DNA of 64,000 nucleotides from Blastocatellia bacterium (GTDB taxonomy: Bacteria > Acidobacteriota > Blastocatellia > HR10 > J050): the NCBI GenBank assembly GCA_025054955.1, contig JANWZE010000112.1:2310-66309 (forward strand), given 5' to 3'. The notes under the pieces were generated by a model, which was given only the letters and a program-made list of their open reading frames with translations, searched no databases and had not been told where the DNA came from. Made by a program: the position numbers and the translations under genes. Of this stretch, positions 59,287-64,000 are shown piece after piece (positions within the stretch are counted from its first letter, which is position 1; each line of letters begins with the position of its first letter).

Positions 59287-59972
59287 CGCGGTATCCTCCA
59301 TTTATAGCGAGGCAGGTCAATGCGCTGTTGCACGATCTGTCGCACGTCGCGGTGTTCCAGCTCAGGCGCGCGATTGGCGTCAATGATCACAAAGTTGAAC
59401 TCCTCGGCCATGTGCCAGTACTCTTGATAGATTTTTTCCTGAAATAGCTTGAAGCTTTCATACGGGTCAGGGGACAGATTCATATCCATGCCGGCCTCAT
59501 AGTATTTCAACTGAGGACGTCCTTCCAGAATGCGGCTCAGCGCGACATCCATCGGCACATGAAAGAAGAACGTCAGGTCGGGATGGCGGGCAAAACTATA
59601 GAGCTTGCGCAGCCATTGGCGGTCGCAGCCACGCGCCGCATCGCGCGCAAACGCCGTGTAGATGTAGCGATCGGCCAGCACAATGTAGCCGGCGTGCAAT
59701 AACGGTAGAATCTGTCGCTCATATCGGTCGGCAAAGTCGGTGCAATGAATCAGCGAGAACGTGGTCGGCGTGAGCAAATGCCGTTTCTTCCCTTTGGTGG
59801 TCGCTTTTTTCACCAACGTGGACGAATTCCATTCGGTGAAAAAAACCTTGTAGCCCTCCAATTCCAGCCAGCGTTTGAGCAGATAGATTTGCGTGGACTT
59901 GCCCGAGCCATCAATCCCTTCGACAGCGATCAGTTTTCCTGGCATGTCACTACGTGACGAGCTGAGACGCAT
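59283..59972 (-). CDS. Thymidylate-kinase-like protein with canonical P-loop
   Basis: EGIDGSGKST, TEWNSS, LADRY, YYEAGMD; AAGGAG RBS. Confidence 0.87.
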   Translation of the reverse strand: MRLSSSRSDMPGKLIAVEGIDGSGKSTQIYLLKRWLELEGYKVFFTEWNSSTLVKKATTKGKKRHLLTPTTFSLIHCTDFADRYERQILPLLHAGYIVLADRYIYTAFARDAARGCDRQWLRKLYSFARHPDLTFFFHVPMDVALSRILEGRPQLKYYEAGMDMNLSPDPYESFKLFQEKIYQEYWHMAEEFNFVIIDANRAPELEHRDVRQIVQQRIDLPRYKWRIPR

Positions 59973-59983
59973 AAGCCGCTCCT

Positions 59984-61495
59984 TTAGTCTTCGACGACAA
60001 ACTTCACACCGAATACTTCTTCAAGCAACGTCGCTTTTCGTTGCAGAGCCCATTTCTCCAACAGCATATCACCCTCGCCGTGGAGGCGCATGATGAGTTT
60101 GGGTTTTTTGTATTCGAGGGTGAACTGATGGACTTTGCCGGCGTGTTCAGTATCCAGCGCGTCGGCAATGCGCAAGAGCGCGGCCAGCTTGCAAACAACG
60201 ACGCGGTCCTTCGCCGACAGATTGCGATAGGGTTCATGCTTAAGCGTGGGAAACGCCTTGCGATGATAACGGGCGACGTTGGCCACAATGGCGCGTTGCG
60301 CATACGTCAATCCGAGCAACGGCGTGGCCATCAGCAAATAGTATGAGTGCTTGTTATGGCCCACGATGTGCACGAACTGCCCGATGTCGTGCAACAGCGC
60401 GGCGACCTCTAGCAGCAGGCGACTCTCTTCGTCCAGACGATGCAACGACTCGGTGGCATCGAACAACCGCGCGGCAAAGTTGGCCACCGTCGTAGCATGT
60501 GATTCATCAAAGGCGTATTTTTGACCTAGCCGTCGGGCTGCTGCCAGCACCTGTTCGCGGTGCAAATTCCGACGACCATTGCGCACATCCTGAGCGATGT
60601 CGAGCAGTAAACCATCTTTCAGGCCCACATGCGGGATCATCACCTCAGCGACGCCGGCTTGTTTGAGGATCTTCTGTAACACAATCGCAGCCGGCATGAT
60701 CACGTCAGCGCGGTCGGGACGCAAGCGCAGGGTGCGCATTCGCTCTTCGTAGCTCAGACTTTGTAGTTGCTTGATGATGGCATCCAGTTCATCATCCGTG
60801 ATGAGGGTATTCTGCTGGCGATTGAGCAACGTCTGCCGCAGATCACCCAGCGTTTCAATGTTGCCGCCCGTGCCAACGCACACGTCAATTTTCTGCTGAC
60901 CGATTTCTTTTCTCAAGCGGCGTCGGGTCGCATCTACGTACTCGCGCACCAGCGTGTTGAATTGTCGCTGCCCGCGCTGCTTTTCTTCCAGCTTTTGCAG
61001 CAAGCGCACCGTGCCCATATTGAAGCTTTCTGTGGCGATGATCTGCCCATTAGCGGCAAGTGTCACCTCTACGCTACCGCCGCCAATATCAACCAGCATG
61101 GCCAGTTTGTTTTTGAGATTGAGAGCTTCATTCACCGCCAGATGAATCAGTCGCGCTTCCTCCTCTGGATCAATGACCTGAACCTCAATGCCTGAAGCCT
61201 GCGTCAGGCGATCAATGACAATGTCGCGATTGAAGGCTTCGCGCATGGCGCTGGTGGCCACAGCGCGGACCCGCTGGACGTTGTGCGCGTCAATAACCTT
61301 GCGGAATCGAACGAAAGCTTCGATCGCCCGCTCCAGCGTTGGTTCACCGATCAGTCCTTGCGTGAACACATCCTGACCCAGTCGAACAGGCTCACGCAAA
61401 CTTTCCAACAGTTGCAGACCCCGGCTTCCGTTGACGCTTCCAACGACCAGCCGCATGGCATTTGAACCGACGTCAATCGCAGCAATGGTTGGCAT
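59984..61495 (-). CDS. ppx: Ppx/GppA exopolyphosphatase with HD domain
   Basis: IDVGSN, VATSAMRE, EEARL, DIGGGS, RADVI, LLHDIG. Confidence 0.93.
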   Translation of the reverse strand: MPTIAAIDVGSNAMRLVVGSVNGSRGLQLLESLREPVRLGQDVFTQGLIGEPTLERAIEAFVRFRKVIDAHNVQRVRAVATSAMREAFNRDIVIDRLTQASGIEVQVIDPEEEARLIHLAVNEALNLKNKLAMLVDIGGGSVEVTLAANGQIIATESFNMGTVRLLQKLEEKQRGQRQFNTLVREYVDATRRRLRKEIGQQKIDVCVGTGGNIETLGDLRQTLLNRQQNTLITDDELDAIIKQLQSLSYEERMRTLRLRPDRADVIMPAAIVLQKILKQAGVAEVMIPHVGLKDGLLLDIAQDVRNGRRNLHREQVLAAARRLGQKYAFDESHATTVANFAARLFDATESLHRLDEESRLLLEVAALLHDIGQFVHIVGHNKHSYYLLMATPLLGLTYAQRAIVANVARYHRKAFPTLKHEPYRNLSAKDRVVVCKLAALLRIADALDTEHAGKVHQFTLEYKKPKLIMRLHGEGDMLLEKWALQRKATLLEEVFGVKFVVED

Positions 61496-61504
61496 GGATG
61501 CCCA

Positions 61505-61537
61505 AATATAGCATAAATTGTGTTAAATCGGTGTTAC
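61505..61537 (-). promoter_or_regulatory. Pho-box-like tandem repeat plus -10 for ppx
   Basis: Minus strand GTAACA-N5-TTAACA, then TATATT 9 nt before the ATG. Confidence 0.6.
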
Positions 61538-61623
61538 ACGAACAGGCCTCAAATCCCAAAGACCAGACGGCAAACATCAGAGCTCAGAGAGAATTGAGGG
61601 GCTGGCAGCTTCCTGTTTGAACA

Positions 61624-61677
61624 TTTACATCGTTTTAACAACACCTTAATTGGATCGTTACATCCGCCGATTAGAAT
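61624..61677 (+). promoter_or_regulatory. Pho-box-like 4 x 11-bp repeat plus -10
   Basis: TTTACA 61624, TTAACA 61635, TTAATT 61646, GTTACA 61657; TAGAAT 61672. Confidence 0.72.
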
Positions 61678-61736
61678 GCAAACCTTAGGGCAAAGCCTGT
61701 GAGGGTCAGCAAACACATCGAAGGTGAAACTGATGT

Positions 61737-62201
61737 ATGAAAATTTCCGTGACGCAGACTGAAGCCGGCTTACAAGTCAGGTTGTATAGCGACTCAGCGC
61801 ATTTTGCCGTGGCACTGGAGACGATGAAGTCTCACATTCCCCGTCATCATCGGCGCTTTGACGCTGCGCAAAGATGCTGGATGATTGATCCTCAGGGTCA
61901 AGGCCGATTGGAATCATGGCTCAGTTGGATGCGGCGCGAGCTGAAGGCTGAGGTAGTTTATCGTAGCCCACACCATCGTTCTGACTCGCTCGATCAGCGC
62001 TCGTCCCTGACGCCGGCTTACGCAACCTTGCATTTGTTGCCGACCGCCCCACCGGAACTTGTCAAAGCTGCATACCATTGCCTTGCCAGGATCAATCATC
62101 CGGACGTGGGCGGTGATACTAAATCCATGCAGCAGATCAACATCGCTTACGCCCATATCAAGCAGCATGGCATGAATCCTGACCGCACGACATCACGTTG
62201 A
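61737..62201 (+). CDS. Small protein with C-terminal J domain
   Basis: YATLHL...VKAAYHCLARINHPDVGGD...INIAY; N-terminal RRFDAAQRCW motif. Confidence 0.8.
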   Translation: MKISVTQTEAGLQVRLYSDSAHFAVALETMKSHIPRHHRRFDAAQRCWMIDPQGQGRLESWLSWMRRELKAEVVYRSPHHRSDSLDQRSSLTPAYATLHLLPTAPPELVKAAYHCLARINHPDVGGDTKSMQQINIAYAHIKQHGMNPDRTTSR

Positions 62202-62216
62202 GGTATATGACGGGAA

Positions 62217-62270
62217 TTTACACATCCGTAACATGGAATTCATCAGGCTGTAACATTCGCGCCATAGAAT
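62217..62270 (+). promoter_or_regulatory. Pho-box-like 4 x 11-bp repeat plus -10
   Basis: TTTACA 62217, GTAACA 62228, TTCATC 62239, GTAACA 62250; TAGAAT 62265. Confidence 0.72.
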
Positions 62271-62311
62271 GAGCGCCTTAGGAGATTCCAAAGACTCAGG
62301 AGGATAGTCAG

Positions 62312-64000
62312 GTGAACAAGCAACGCATCGTTTATAGCCTTCTTCTGCTAGGGCTGGTCGTGTTTCCCTGTCGTGCGCAAAACACGTTGGTTGGTGATAT
62401 GCCGGCTAAGGGCAGCGCCACCGGAACGCTGGAGGGTGTGGTGCTGGATGTTTCCAACGGCCAAAAGCTGCCTCGCGTGGATATTGAAGTAGTAGGTCAG
62501 GGCGTAGTCGGGCAGACCGACCTGGATGGGTACTTCAGTGTGAAGCTTCAGCCGGGCACGTATCAGATTCGTGCCTCACGAACCGGTTATCAAAGTCAGA
62601 CGATAGAGTCGGTGGAAGTCACCGCTCGACAGGTGGCCAGCGTGGAATTTGCCTTGAGTCCTCAAGGACAGGTCTTAGGCGAGGTGGTCGTGACAGCGGC
62701 CGCTAGTATAGCGGCCAGCGAAATCGTCATGCTGGCTGAACGAAAGGCGGCCACAACCATTAACGATGCAATCAGCGCCCGAGAAATCAAGGCGGATACC
62801 AGTTCGCATGCCGCAGGCGTGTTGCAACGCATGCCGGGCATCACAGTCGCTCAAGATAAATATGTCTTCGTGCGCGGTCTGAACGAACGGTATAGCAACA
62901 CGGTATTGAACGATGCGATGCTGCCTACAACGGAGCCAGACCGGCGCGTCGTGCCGATGGATTTGATCCCAACGTCGCTGCTGGATAATGTGAAAGTCCT
63001 CAAGTCATTCACTCCTGATCAGCCCGGTGAATTCTCTGGCGGTCTCGTCAAAATTCAGGCAACCGAGTTTCCCAGCACTGGCACGCTGAAGGTCTCCGCG
63101 TCCTACGGATTCAATTCACAAACGACATTCGATGACATTCAAACCTACCCCGGCGACCGCCTCGATTGGCTCGGTTTCGGCACGGGTCGGCGCCGATTGC
63201 CGGCGATCATTCCCAGTCAATCGTTGACGCGCTTTGGCCCGGATGACCTGACGCGCTTTGGCCGGGCGTTTGAAAACATCTGGCAACCACGACGCGGCAA
63301 TGCGCGGCCTAATCAAAGTTATGGCGTTTCCGGCGGCACAACGATTGGCCGATGGGGTTTGGTCGGCGCGCTCAATTACAGTAACAAGCTGCAAAACCTC
63401 GATGAAAATCGCGTCTTCTACGTTCGGGTTGGTGACCAGGTCGTGCCGCGCAGCATCTTTGCCAATCATCAGTTTTTGAGCGAGCGCGGCTTGCTCCGTG
63501 AGCTCAGTGGTCTTCTGCCAGAGGAATTTCTCAAGCCGGAATTGCTACGCGGCTACCAATCCAGCAGCAATACCGTCAGGTTGGGGGGCACTGCCAATGT
63601 CGCTTATAAATTCTCCAACAATCACAAACTGCTGCTGAAGAATTTCTATACTCATGACGGCACGGATCAGGCCCGAACATATCAAGGGTGGTATGAGAGC
63701 CGCTACGCGGTGATCCGCAATCAGCGGCTGCGCTATCAGGAGGAGACCATCTACTCCGGCCAGCTCTCCGGCGACCATTTGTTCTCGCGCTTGGGCGACA
63801 GTTTGGTGACCTGGCGGTTGAACTATGCGCGCGCCACGCTGGACGAGCCAGACCTGCGTGAGACAATCTACGAGCTTGACGACCCGGCCGGCCAATTCCG
63901 CTTCTTCAGTCAGTTGCAAAGTGGATTGCGGTTGTTCAATGCGATGGATGAGAACATTCGCGAACCGGCGGTGGATTGGAGCAAATTCGTCTTCCTGAGC
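62312..64000 (+). CDS. TonB-dependent receptor with N-terminal carboxypeptidase-regulatory-like domain; runs off the window and is absent from the ORF track
   Basis: AGGAGG RBS then GTG; my translation gives signal MNKQRIVYSLLLLGLVVFPCRA, TDLDGYF, and plug LQRMPGIT...VRGLNERYSNT...EPDRRVVPMDLIP...PGEFSGG. Confidence 0.9.
   Translation, partial: MNKQRIVYSLLLLGLVVFPCRAQNTLVGDMPAKGSATGTLEGVVLDVSNGQKLPRVDIEVVGQGVVGQTDLDGYFSVKLQPGTYQIRASRTGYQSQTIESVEVTARQVASVEFALSPQGQVLGEVVVTAAASIAASEIVMLAERKAATTINDAISAREIKADTSSHAAGVLQRMPGITVAQDKYVFVRGLNERYSNTVLNDAMLPTTEPDRRVVPMDLIPTSLLDNVKVLKSFTPDQPGEFSGGLVKIQATEFPSTGTLKVSASYGFNSQTTFDDIQTYPGDRLDWLGFGTGRRRLPAIIPSQSLTRFGPDDLTRFGRAFENIWQPRRGNARPNQSYGVSGGTTIGRWGLVGALNYSNKLQNLDENRVFYVRVGDQVVPRSIFANHQFLSERGLLRELSGLLPEEFLKPELLRGYQSSSNTVRLGGTANVAYKFSNNHKLLLKNFYTHDGTDQARTYQGWYESRYAVIRNQRLRYQEETIYSGQLSGDHLFSRLGDSLVTWRLNYARATLDEPDLRETIYELDDPAGQFRFFSQLQSGLRLFNAMDENIREPAVDWSKFVFLS

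Noticed and set aside
58564..59972. Assigning the symbol tmk
   Set aside because: Tandem arrangement, variant P-loop and polyP context argue against a housekeeping dTMP kinase.
61678..61735. c-di-GMP-I riboswitch (GCAAACC...GCAAAGCC)
   Set aside because: Lacks the GNRA-capped stem between the motifs and a convincing second stem; cmscan would settle it.

Overview
A GC-rich bacterial chromosomal segment; gene content (TonB systems, sigma-54 regulation, korAB flanked by CBS proteins) suggests a diderm such as an Acidobacteriota member, which is inference only. Left end: the 3' end of a sigma-54 enhancer-binding protein gene, three palindromic candidate UAS sites and two large secreted modular proteins, each behind a perfect -24/-12 promoter. 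One carries a VWA domain nested inside an Ig-like domain that is nested inside a PPC domain, plus 14 x 37-aa propeller repeats. The other has a 7-repeat FG-GAP propeller, a CSLREA-like motif, beta-helix and Ig-like domains. Together they recall integrin beta and alpha architectures. Middle: housekeeping and metabolic genes (DinG, PP2C, tRNA-Thr(CGT), TMTC-like glycosyltransferase, zupT, ldhA, a fused NfnB-NfnA-like oxidoreductase, dusB, serC, CBS-korA-korB-CBS, ThiS-like carrier, lipB, dat, DUF4922/SpoIID, TetR-RND, orphan MreB paralogue, TonB, diiron protein, fadJ). Right end: a phosphate/polyphosphate locus (ppx, two thymidylate-kinase-like genes, a hypothetical, CHAD, sixA) divergent from a J-domain protein and a TonB-dependent receptor, all behind 11-bp-periodic Pho-box-like repeats. 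Intergenic DNA holds three nesting non-coding repeat families: a ~50-bp hairpin unit forming arrays and associated with 71-73-bp-period local duplications, a ~102-bp TIR element and a ~255-bp GTAG-type REP doublet. No transposase, integrase, reverse transcriptase or cas gene is present.
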